61,532 nt of DNA from an uncultured Pseudomonadota bacterium (lineage in GTDB: Bacteria > Pseudomonadota > Alphaproteobacteria > Rs-D84), in NCBI GenBank assembly GCA_902793005.1, contig CADBBQ010000005.1:1-61532 (forward strand). Reading direction: 5' to 3'. The position numbers and the translations under genes are program-made. Positions within the stretch are counted from its first letter, which is position 1; every line of letters begins with the position of its first letter. This document shows positions 9,862 through 17,985 of this stretch, one piece after another. Under the pieces are notes generated by a model, which ran no database searches, was not told the origin of the DNA, and saw only the letters and a program-made list of their open reading frames with translations.

Positions 9862-9955
9862 TGGGTTCTTGTCGTGATTGTTGTTCCTTATGTAGCATTT
9901 GTACACCGCGGAACAACAATCACTTCCAAATAACCTCACATAAATTATTTTCTTG
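9862..9955 (+). repeat. Structured intergenic repeat, copy 1 (14-bp covarying stem with conserved 22-nt loop)
   Basis: GTGATTGTTGTTCC (9874-9887) and GGAACAACAATCAC (9910-9923) are perfect reverse complements around TTATGTAGCATTTGTACACCGC. The element is homologous to the copies at 26645-26913. Confidence 0.85.
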
Positions 9956-10089
9956 AAAAGAGCGGATTTTCTGGAATAATACAGAAAACTGAAAATAAAT
10001 CCCATAATACTGGTATGAAAATATTAGGTTATGGTGTCTTAACAAATCCCCGGGGGACCTGGGGCAGAAACAAAAAATAGGAGTAATCA

Positions 10090-10659
10090 ATGAGACATAT
10101 GAAATCAGGTCGCACTTTTAATCGCGACACAAACGCGCGCAAAGCATTAATGATTGGTTTGGCGAAAAACTTAATTGAACGTGAACAAATTAAAACTACA
10201 TTGCCCAAGGCAAAAGATTTGCGCAGTGTTGTTGAAAAATTGATTACACGTGCCAAGGTTGATACTGTTGCCAACCGTCGTTTGATTGCGTCCGAATTGG
10301 GTAATGGCACATCTAAAACTGTTAACAAATTGTTTTCTGTTTTGGGACCACGTTATGCAAAACGCCCGGGTGGATATACACGCGTGTTAAAGGCTGGTTT
10401 CCGTTATGGCGATGCGGCACCGATGGCAATCATTGAATTGGTTGATCGCGATGTTAACGCAAAGAAAACAGTTGTGAAACCAGAAGCGGCAACAGAAGCC
10501 AAAGCAACAGAAGTTGTTGAAGAAGTGGCGGCCAAGGCTGAAAAAGCACCAAAAGCAACGGCGGCCAAAAAAACAGCCAAAGATGCAACCGCAACCAAAG
10601 CCAAAGCGACGGCTGCGAAGAAAACTGTTGCGGTTAAACGTCGTGCAACTGGTAAATAA
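10090..10659 (+). CDS. rplQ: 50S ribosomal protein L17 with Lys/Ala-rich C-terminal extension
   Basis: 189 aa. [20 protein letters not shown].. is typical of L17. The last roughly 65 aa are a K/A/T-rich tail. Confidence 0.95.
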   Translation: MRHMKSGRTFNRDTNARKALMIGLAKNLIEREQIKTTLPKAKDLRSVVEKLITRAKVDTVANRRLIASELGNGTSKTVNKLFSVLGPRYAKRPGGYTRVLKAGFRYGDAAPMAIIELVDRDVNAKKTVVKPEAATEAKATEVVEEVAAKAEKAPKATAAKKTAKDATATKAKATAAKKTVAVKRRATGK

Positions 10660-10724
10660 TGCAATTTTCAAAGTACAGAGTTCAAATAATGAATAATTGA
10701 TTTTTGGCTTTTGAATGTAAAATT

Positions 10725-10757
10725 AAATCCCTGCAAAAATTTGCAGGGATTTTTTTA
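10725..10757 (+). terminator. Rho-independent terminator after rplQ
   Basis: AAATCCCTGCAA-AAAT-TTGCAGGGATTT followed by a T-run. Confidence 0.8.
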
Positions 10758-10821
10758 TAAATCGTTTTGTAAATGCGGTATTTTATGATAAAATATAAAA
10801 GATAGTTGTAGGAGATATTTT

Positions 10822-13650
10822 ATGAAAAAAATATTTGCGTTTGGTTTAATTGGTGCGGTGTTGTATGGTGTGGCGGCTGATGCGGCGGCAACGCGTTCCA
10901 CGGCGCGGACACGGGCGCCGGCCGGACAAACAACAACAACGCAATCGGCAAATGCGCAAAGCGCGTCTGGGAATACGATGTCGGGGACGGCACGGCGTGC
11001 GCCACGTGCAGCGGTTGCACAACCAAAGCAGAATACGTCTGTACAAACCGCGGCGGCGCCGGCCCAACGTGTAAATGCGCGTGCGGCAACTACGCAAAAG
11101 GCAATAAATGTCGGAACAAAAATTACGGGTGCAACAACAAATACTGTCGTTAGTGAGGAGTGCAAAGAAAAATATTATGGGTGTATGGATTCTTTCTGTA
11201 TGTTGGATAATGCAAGCGGAGGCCGTTGTTTGTGCAGTGATCGCCATACGGAATTGGATAAAGTTTTGGACGAGATTCAAAAATTGGATGAACAAAGTTA
11301 TGCTATGGCGACGTCTGGTGTTGAACGCATAAATATGGGTGCGGATGCCGATGCAGTGCAAAGTATGGTTGATAAAATTACGGGTGATATTCAAAACCCA
11401 AATAAAAAAGATACTCGTGCGCGGACATTAAATTTGGATGCCTGGAATAATATTTATGAAACAGATGAAATGGATGTGTTTGGATCGGCGACAACGGATA
11501 TTACCAATCAAACGGGTGATGCGTTGCACGCGTCTGTATCTGATATGTGTATAAAACAGATTCCAGAATGTTCGGCAAATTTGTCTATGCTGAAATTGAT
11601 GTATGCACAGCAGATTAAATCTGATTGTACGGCATATGAAAACAGTTTGAAAAAACAACGTAATGAAAGTGCAAAAAAATTACAAACGGCCCAGACTGCT
11701 CTGCGCGAGGCTGCGTTGGAACAACATCAAAATGCAAATAAATATGATTTAGGTCAATGCACGATACGTTTTAAACAGTGTATGCAATCAACAGCCGGAT
11801 GTGGTGATGATTTTGCAAACTGTGCATCGGTTGTGGCAACGGAAAATGCCCAGACTCGTGTGGGGACAAAAAATAAAAAATCAAAAACATATGAAATTAA
11901 AACAGGTATGACATCGATTTCTATTGCGGCGTCAACGTACGATATTTTGATATCGAAAAAGCCAATGTGTGATGGTGTTACAAAGCAATGTGTGTCTGTC
12001 CAGGACCAAGTTTGGGATACTTTCCTGCGCGAGGTTGCACCAACGTTGAAATCGGCGGAATTGGTTGCGGAATCAAATATTCGTATGAATTGTATTGCGA
12101 ATATTTCATCGTGTTTCCAACAAGCGTGTAAAGATAATATGGATCCAAATGATCCGGATGGTTCGTATGATATGTGTTTGTCGCGTCCACAAACAATGCG
12201 GTCTTTATGTCGGGTGCAAATCGACCCGTGTGTTGCGGCCGAACCACAAATTTTGGATTTTGTGTATGCGCGACTGGCATCTATGCGTGTTGATGCGTGC
12301 ACGACCGAGGTTAAAGATTGTTTAACAGATGAAAATCGTTGTGGGTCTGATTATTCAAAATGTATCGGTTTGGATTTGCAATCTGTGCGTGATATGTGTC
12401 CGTTGGATAAATTGGTTGCCTGTCAAAAAGATGGCCAGGCGGCTGCGTGGGAAACAATTGATAATATCGTCCAAGGAATTTATCTGGATATTGATAATTC
12501 TTTGTTGACATCGTGTACGAATGCGGTTAATGCGAAAATGATGGAAATTTGTGGCAGTGAAACCGAGTGCTTGGCATTTGATGATGATGAGTATATTGGT
12601 ACCGACAGTTTGACCGGTTATAAAGCGCGTGATGGCAGTTTTGTTATCGAAGGTTTATTGTCGTTTGGTAATGTTAAAATCAAAGAAGCAACAAGTAGTG
12701 CAGATGATGTGAAGTTTAGTAAATATGAATTGGATATTTCTGGATATTCGGACAAGATTAAAAATGTTGATGGAACATCGGCGGTCAAAGATCGTGTGCT
12801 GTCCAGTTTGCAGTCTGTCCAAAACAAGATAAATCAAAAGATTGCTTTGTTGACGTCTGATGCGAAAATCAGTATGTGTGTGAACGGTCGTGATATGCGT
12901 CAGATTCGTGGAACGCGTCAAAATCGTTCAACCCAGGATACGGCACGTTTTCCGCATTTGTTGGATTCACAAATTACGGCAATAATAGATGCTGGTTTGG
13001 ACAAGGCAAATGAAAATTATTCTAAAAAATATGATGAATTGTTTGCCAAGGCTATTGAACAACAAAGCGATGAAAATAAATCTGCGATGTGTGCGGCAAT
13101 GGCGTCGTCGGGTGGAATAAAAATAAATAAATCTGAAAATAATGTAAAATCTCGTGGATTTTTGGGTTTGTTGGAAAAAGCAATGCAAAGCACCCGAAAT
13201 GTGGCGCAGTTATCAAAAGCTGATTTTGCACAAAATGATTTGAGTACTGGCGGTGCCAGTGTTGGGGATTATGATGTGCGCATTGTGTTGGATGGTATGA
13301 CGATGAATAATTTGTTGAATTTGCAATCGTCTGGCAAGGGTGAATTTATCCAAAAGGATGGTTCAGGTAATATGTTGGGTAAAATTACTATGAGTGCGGT
13401 GTATTCTGCGGATACAAATACTTGCACATTGACCACGACAACAACAATGTGTGAAAATATCAAAGATGTTTATAATACGTCCGAGGTTGAATCTTGTGGT
13501 GGTGGTGGATTCTTTACATTTGATGGATGTGGTGGTTTCAGTTTGTTTGGTGGCAGTGGCACCAGTACGACGCCCTCATCTACATTTGCGGGAACGGTGT
13601 GTACCAAAATGGCTCAGCCAGTTATAACAACCCAAGAAATCAAGATGTAA
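10822..13650 (+). CDS. Exported cysteine-rich protein, family member A (942 aa)
   Basis: RBS AGGAGA. Signal peptide MKKIFAFGLIGAVLYGVAADA. T/R/A-rich low-complexity region. Cys knot CKEKYYGCMDSFCMLDNASGGRCLCSD. Modules CGDDFANC and CGSDYSKC. Colinear with the 56948-59410 protein. Confidence 0.85.
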   Translation: MKKIFAFGLIGAVLYGVAADAAATRSTARTRAPAGQTTTTQSANAQSASGNTMSGTARRAPRAAVAQPKQNTSVQTAAAPAQRVNARAATTQKAINVGTKITGATTNTVVSEECKEKYYGCMDSFCMLDNASGGRCLCSDRHTELDKVLDEIQKLDEQSYAMATSGVERINMGADADAVQSMVDKITGDIQNPNKKDTRARTLNLDAWNNIYETDEMDVFGSATTDITNQTGDALHASVSDMCIKQIPECSANLSMLKLMYAQQIKSDCTAYENSLKKQRNESAKKLQTAQTALREAALEQHQNANKYDLGQCTIRFKQCMQSTAGCGDDFANCASVVATENAQTRVGTKNKKSKTYEIKTGMTSISIAASTYDILISKKPMCDGVTKQCVSVQDQVWDTFLREVAPTLKSAELVAESNIRMNCIANISSCFQQACKDNMDPNDPDGSYDMCLSRPQTMRSLCRVQIDPCVAAEPQILDFVYARLASMRVDACTTEVKDCLTDENRCGSDYSKCIGLDLQSVRDMCPLDKLVACQKDGQAAAWETIDNIVQGIYLDIDNSLLTSCTNAVNAKMMEICGSETECLAFDDDEYIGTDSLTGYKARDGSFVIEGLLSFGNVKIKEATSSADDVKFSKYELDISGYSDKIKNVDGTSAVKDRVLSSLQSVQNKINQKIALLTSDAKISMCVNGRDMRQIRGTRQNRSTQDTARFPHLLDSQITAIIDAGLDKANENYSKKYDELFAKAIEQQSDENKSAMCAAMASSGGIKINKSENNVKSRGFLGLLEKAMQSTRNVAQLSKADFAQNDLSTGGASVGDYDVRIVLDGMTMNNLLNLQSSGKGEFIQKDGSGNMLGKITMSAVYSADTNTCTLTTTTTMCENIKDVYNTSEVESCGGGGFFTFDGCGGFSLFGGSGTSTTPSSTFAGTVCTKMAQPVITTQEIKM

Positions 13651-13652
13651 AA

Positions 13653-13677
13653 AAAATCCCCCGTTTGGGGGATTTTT
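13653..13677. terminator. Bidirectional terminator hairpin
   Basis: AAAAATCCCCC-GTTT-GGGGGATTTTT lies between convergent genes. Confidence 0.7.
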
Positions 13678-14632
13678 ACAAATCTTCTAATTTTTTTACA
13701 ACGTGGACGCCGGATTGTTCCCATTCGGCAATTTTTTCATCACACTTCATTATGTTTGTTGCGCCCAAGTATAAGATTGCGCGAATATTGTGTTCGGCGG
13801 CGATGGTGCGTAGTGGGGTGATTGGAGATGGACGCGTTTTGCCAGATGCAAACCATACGGGTTCATCCATAATCCAAAAGTCGTTATCGTTATGTACGGC
13901 GATTGCGGCGGTGTCGGTTATAATAATGTCGTCGTCGGTGATATCAAATTTGCGCCCGTTTTGTGACAAATAATCTATGACCGGATTTGTTTCGTCGTCT
14001 GTGTCTGGTGTGGTATCAAATCCCAAATCGATATCTTGGAACATTGGTGCGGTTGGGACGGGTTGTGTATCGTCAAAATCAAAATCTGGGGGTAATGGCA
14101 TTTCGTCGTGGGATACGGTTGGTGTGGTCGGCGAATTTGTTGGATAAACGTTTGGTGATACACTGCATACACTGCAAATCGGGGTGGCAGTGCGATTAGG
14201 GTGTGTGCGTGCGCGTAAAAACACGGCGCGCATTTCGGCAGGAATATTATCCATCGATGTGTCAATTGGTGCAGTGACCGATTCGTTTTGGGGTTCTGGG
14301 GTTTCATCCGTTTGAGATACTTGCTTTGGAAATAATTTTTCCATTATATGTGAAATAAATTTTGGTACGGGCAGGGCCAATAACGGTTTTCCGGTTCTGA
14401 TGACGATTGTGGTTGTTGCAATGTATAAAGGTATGCACGCAAATATAATTAAGCAAAATGCAAATCCGCCCAGTCCGTGCAGGTGTGCGTTGGCAACACG
14501 ATGCCAATGTGAATACGAGAATATTTCAAAATTAAATAATATGTGCATCAACGCCCAGGTTAGAAATACATAACCACAAGTCCATAAAAATGGAGTTTTG
14601 AGTTTTTTTAAAAAATCTGAGAGTTTTGACAT
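13676..14632 (-). CDS. Membrane protein of unknown function
   Basis: 318 aa. The N-terminal region has 2-3 hydrophobic segments, followed by an acidic/Pro-rich linker and a C-terminal globular part. I recognise no family. Confidence 0.65.
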   Translation of the reverse strand: MSKLSDFLKKLKTPFLWTCGYVFLTWALMHILFNFEIFSYSHWHRVANAHLHGLGGFAFCLIIFACIPLYIATTTIVIRTGKPLLALPVPKFISHIMEKLFPKQVSQTDETPEPQNESVTAPIDTSMDNIPAEMRAVFLRARTHPNRTATPICSVCSVSPNVYPTNSPTTPTVSHDEMPLPPDFDFDDTQPVPTAPMFQDIDLGFDTTPDTDDETNPVIDYLSQNGRKFDITDDDIIITDTAAIAVHNDNDFWIMDEPVWFASGKTRPSPITPLRTIAAEHNIRAILYLGATNIMKCDEKIAEWEQSGVHVVKKLEDL

Positions 14633-14767
14633 ATTTATATTATAGACAAGTTATGATTTTTGTCAATAAAATAATAAATTGTCTATATTTTTTATAATAA
14701 ATGTGTAAAAAAAGTTTTTTTATGGGCTTTTTTATGGTATAATACTTTCAAAAAGGGAGAATGTTTT

Positions 14768-16921
14768 ATGCAAAAAAAGTCTCAATTATTGTGGTCGTGT
14801 GTCGCGGGTTGCGCGGCATTGGTGTTTGTAGGGGCGGCGGGTGCCGCGCCACGTTCGATGGCGACGGGGGCGACGGGGGCGACGAGTGCGCGTATGCCGA
14901 CAATGCCAACGATGTCTATCAATACTATTGGGACACACGCTATATCTGGTGTAGGGACACCGACGGGTGGTGCCGGGACGGTTACGCCGACACCAAATCC
15001 AAATCCAAACCCGAATCCAAATCCGGATCCGGAACCAACACCCGAGGGCTGCGAAGATGGCGGTGTTGCGAATTCTGATTTTACGGTTGATGATTGTATG
15101 CAATCCGTGTTGCAATGTGTGCAAAGTGGCGTTTTGCCAAATGGATTGAACGATTTGTTCAATGAAGATTTGCGCAATTCTATTATTAACGGTATGGGAA
15201 TTTGTGCGTCCCAGATTGATTATTGTATTCGTAATGTACGCGTTGATTGTCGTAATGTTTACGATTCGTCTGTGGATGTGTGGTTGGATTTCAATTCACG
15301 TATTGTTCAACCGGAATATTATAATTTCGTGTTAAGAAAAACTGGATTGACACCGAACCAGGCGGAAAATGTTTGCGAATTGTTGGATAAAAATACTTAT
15401 GGCAAATCTTTTGCGGCGGTCTCGGCATCTGGCAATGTGACAAGTGAATACAACAATAATATTAATGCGTATAATAACAACAGTAATGTTGGTAAAAATC
15501 AACCCCAAGGGCCAATGGTGAATACGACGGCAAATGGAAATGTGTCGGGTGTTGATGGCGAACGTGGGCATTATGCGCGTTGGGATGCAACAAACGGTGT
15601 GTGCAAGGTGCGTGTTGCGGCGTATAACAAAGATAATTTGATTACAAACAAATGGTTGTTTGGTGCGATTGGTGATGACAAAGCGGCCGAGGTTTGGCGT
15701 GATGCGGGTTCGTCATTTACTTGCAACAAGGATTTGTTTGATTTTTCATTGCTGAATGATACGCATACGGCGGCGGTCGTCGGTATGGGCGGCGGAACAT
15801 TGTTGGGTGCCGGTATCGGTGCGTTGACAGGGCATGCAGCCAAGAATTTTGATTGTAATAATGCGGATGCGCGCAAGGAATTGTATAACGCTTTGCAATC
15901 CGAAGGTTTGGTGTCTAAATTGAATCAATATTTGTCGTCAAGTAACAGAGTGCCTGTATCGGGTTCGGAATTTAATGAAAAATCTTGTATTGCGATTAAG
16001 AAATTGGCGAATAAGATGGTTGAGTTGAAAAATGTGATTGACGTTTGTGCACCAACAACGTATGGATGTCAGGTTACTATTGCAGGTCAGGCTATAAAAT
16101 TGGATGTGTGTTCTGCTAAAGATACATTGAGTGTTTCTGGTAATACAGTGACAATTAAGAAGGGTGATGTATCCCAACCTTTTTCAGGTGTGGAAAATGC
16201 AGAAGCGGTGAATGATGTATATAAGGCTTGCACATTGAAGTGTGATCCAAACGCGAAATGTTCTTTCCATAGTTTGAAGGAAATTGATAATTTTGATAGT
16301 ATGGTTTGTGAAGGTGGGCAAGCATGTATGAGTATGTCGGCCTCTCAAGAGGAAGTTAGTGATTTGGAACGTGTGTTTGGCAATGACAAGGTAAACAAAG
16401 TGTTCCAAGGCACCAAGTCCACGGTTGGTAGAAATGCGGCGATTGGTGCGGGAATCGGTTTGGGAACCGGTGGTGTCGCGACGGCAATAACCGCATTTGT
16501 TGAACGCAATAATATTTCTTGTCACGTTGGTGACGGGTTGGATACGGTTGGGTTCGGCAAATCATATACAATTGATTCTTTGAAAAATTTCTATGTGAAA
16601 TGGAATTTGCGTGTGGCGGATTCTATATCACCGACGGCGCGCGTCACGTCTTGCGAGGATTGGATTGCGACGTGTGGTATGTACACAACACCCGAAGATT
16701 GCAATGCGGTAGAGATAAACTATCAAAGACCGGGACGCAATACAACGACATTGGTACGCAGTGCGTGTCGTATGTCGGGCAGTGTGTGTATCGAAAATCG
16801 TTCGGTTGCGATATCGTATGGTGCGTGCCCGCGTAATGGAATCCCGCCGGTTGTTCCGCCGGTTGGACCGATTACACCGGTTAATGGTGGAACGGATGCG
16901 CCGGCCGTGATACAGCACTAG
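14768..16921 (+). CDS. Exported cysteine-rich protein B with PN-repeat linker and two glycine-zipper segments (717 aa)
   Basis: RBS GGGAGA 7 nt upstream. Signal peptide ..CVAGCAALVFVGAAGA. (PN)5PDPEP linker. GMGGGTLLGAGIGALTG and AAIGAGIGLGTGGVA. About 40 Cys residues, but it lacks the CG-x-D-[FYW] module. Confidence 0.8.
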   Translation: MQKKSQLLWSCVAGCAALVFVGAAGAAPRSMATGATGATSARMPTMPTMSINTIGTHAISGVGTPTGGAGTVTPTPNPNPNPNPNPDPEPTPEGCEDGGVANSDFTVDDCMQSVLQCVQSGVLPNGLNDLFNEDLRNSIINGMGICASQIDYCIRNVRVDCRNVYDSSVDVWLDFNSRIVQPEYYNFVLRKTGLTPNQAENVCELLDKNTYGKSFAAVSASGNVTSEYNNNINAYNNNSNVGKNQPQGPMVNTTANGNVSGVDGERGHYARWDATNGVCKVRVAAYNKDNLITNKWLFGAIGDDKAAEVWRDAGSSFTCNKDLFDFSLLNDTHTAAVVGMGGGTLLGAGIGALTGHAAKNFDCNNADARKELYNALQSEGLVSKLNQYLSSSNRVPVSGSEFNEKSCIAIKKLANKMVELKNVIDVCAPTTYGCQVTIAGQAIKLDVCSAKDTLSVSGNTVTIKKGDVSQPFSGVENAEAVNDVYKACTLKCDPNAKCSFHSLKEIDNFDSMVCEGGQACMSMSASQEEVSDLERVFGNDKVNKVFQGTKSTVGRNAAIGAGIGLGTGGVATAITAFVERNNISCHVGDGLDTVGFGKSYTIDSLKNFYVKWNLRVADSISPTARVTSCEDWIATCGMYTTPEDCNAVEINYQRPGRNTTTLVRSACRMSGSVCIENRSVAISYGACPRNGIPPVVPPVGPITPVNGGTDAPAVIQH
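14993..15036 (+). repeat. Imperfect (CCAAAT)n hexanucleotide repeat encoding PNPNPNPNPNPDPEP
   Basis: ccaaatccaaatccaaacccgaatccaaatccggatccggaacc, read directly from the sequence. Confidence 0.9.
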
Positions 16922-16953
16922 TCAATTCGAAATCTTGGGGATTTTGAGTATAT

Positions 16954-16992
16954 GCAAATGCCGATATGTTATCGGCATTTGCTATTTTTTTG
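16954..16992 (+). terminator. Rho-independent terminator
   Basis: GCAAATGCCGAT-ATGTT-ATCGGCATTTGC followed by a T-run. Confidence 0.8.
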
Positions 16993-17062
16993 TTGTATTG
17001 TGTAATGAAAAACAAATTGACATAAAACATATTTTGTCTATAATGATAAAAAAGGACGAAAT

Positions 17063-17923
17063 ATGCAATATGATATAAATTTGAATGATGCGCGGATTGG
17101 GTATAAACCGGATGGTGATTTCAGTCGTGTATTATTTGTTGAAAAATCGCGCAAATTAAATCCGCGTGGGGCGGCGTTTTCGTCTTATTCGCCGGCATAT
17201 ATTTCGTCAAACGAGCAATTGCAATCAATAATGCAGATTTTGAAACCGGCGGGTAAAAATGTGTTGGCCGTTGCGGGCAGTGGTGATGCACCATTGTTTT
17301 TTAGTGCATATGGCGCGCAACATATTGATACATTTGATATATCATATAATGCGCGTGTGGTTATGGATATAAAAACATATATGTTGAAAAATAAATTTAA
17401 ATTTTATGATTATGTGCATATTTTGCGTGATGTGCAAACCGCATCTGATTTATTAGATTGTGCGTCGGGTGACGTTGTTATGCGTGCAGTGACAGATGGT
17501 ACTTTGGATTATTTGCGTGGAATGCGTGGGTGCAAAATTTTTATGCATACATCAAACGGTGAAATTGCTTGCTTTCCAAATGCGACGGAATTTGCCGCGA
17601 TGCAGCAAAATGTGTCGGGACGGTATAATTTTATATGGTCTGATTTATTTGATTTGTCGGGGCATATTTTAAATAAAAAATATGATATTATTTATCTGTC
17701 CAATGTGTTGCAGTATGTTAATGCGGCATCGGATGTTACGGCGGTGTTAAATAATATGCGTGCGCATTTGAACGCGGATGGGGTGATTGTGGTGGATTCT
17801 TTGTTGCAATCGTTGGCATCTGCGCGTCACAAAAAATACAAGACGGTTGGTGATAATGTTTCCAGTTGGGCGGATTTGATTTATGATAAAGCCGCTATGA
17901 CAATGTTTTTGAAAACGCGATAG
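17063..17923 (+). CDS. SAM-dependent methyltransferase-fold protein (possibly DUF3419/BtaA-like)
   Basis: 286 aa. Promoter TTGACA-16-TATAAT upstream. Gly-rich motif VLAVAGSGDAP, then YDIIYLSNVLQYV and LNADGVIVVDS, which resemble class I methyltransferase motifs. The family assignment is tentative. Confidence 0.5.
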   Translation: MQYDINLNDARIGYKPDGDFSRVLFVEKSRKLNPRGAAFSSYSPAYISSNEQLQSIMQILKPAGKNVLAVAGSGDAPLFFSAYGAQHIDTFDISYNARVVMDIKTYMLKNKFKFYDYVHILRDVQTASDLLDCASGDVVMRAVTDGTLDYLRGMRGCKIFMHTSNGEIACFPNATEFAAMQQNVSGRYNFIWSDLFDLSGHILNKKYDIIYLSNVLQYVNAASDVTAVLNNMRAHLNADGVIVVDSLLQSLASARHKKYKTVGDNVSSWADLIYDKAAMTMFLKTR

Positions 17924-17926
17924 TTA

Positions 17927-17983
17927 TTTTCAAAGTTCAGAGTTCAAAGTTCAAAGTTCAAAGTTGCAGTTGTGGTAAAATGT
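17927..17983. repeat. (CAAAGTT)n heptamer element
   Basis: ttttCAAAGTTCAGAGTTCAAAGTTCAAAGTTCAAAGTTGCAGTTGTGGtaaaa lies between two convergent stop codons. Related copies are at 61449-61492 and, shorter, at 10665-10690. Confidence 0.85.
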
Positions 17984-17985
17984 TT

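Noticed and set aside
10755-11394. Minus-strand ORFs of 136 aa, 89 aa and 182 aa over the 5' part of member A
   Set aside because: They lie antisense to a locally GC-rich Thr/Arg/Ala-coding region and give Arg/Cys-rich nonsense. The plus-strand gene has an RBS, a signal peptide and paralogues.
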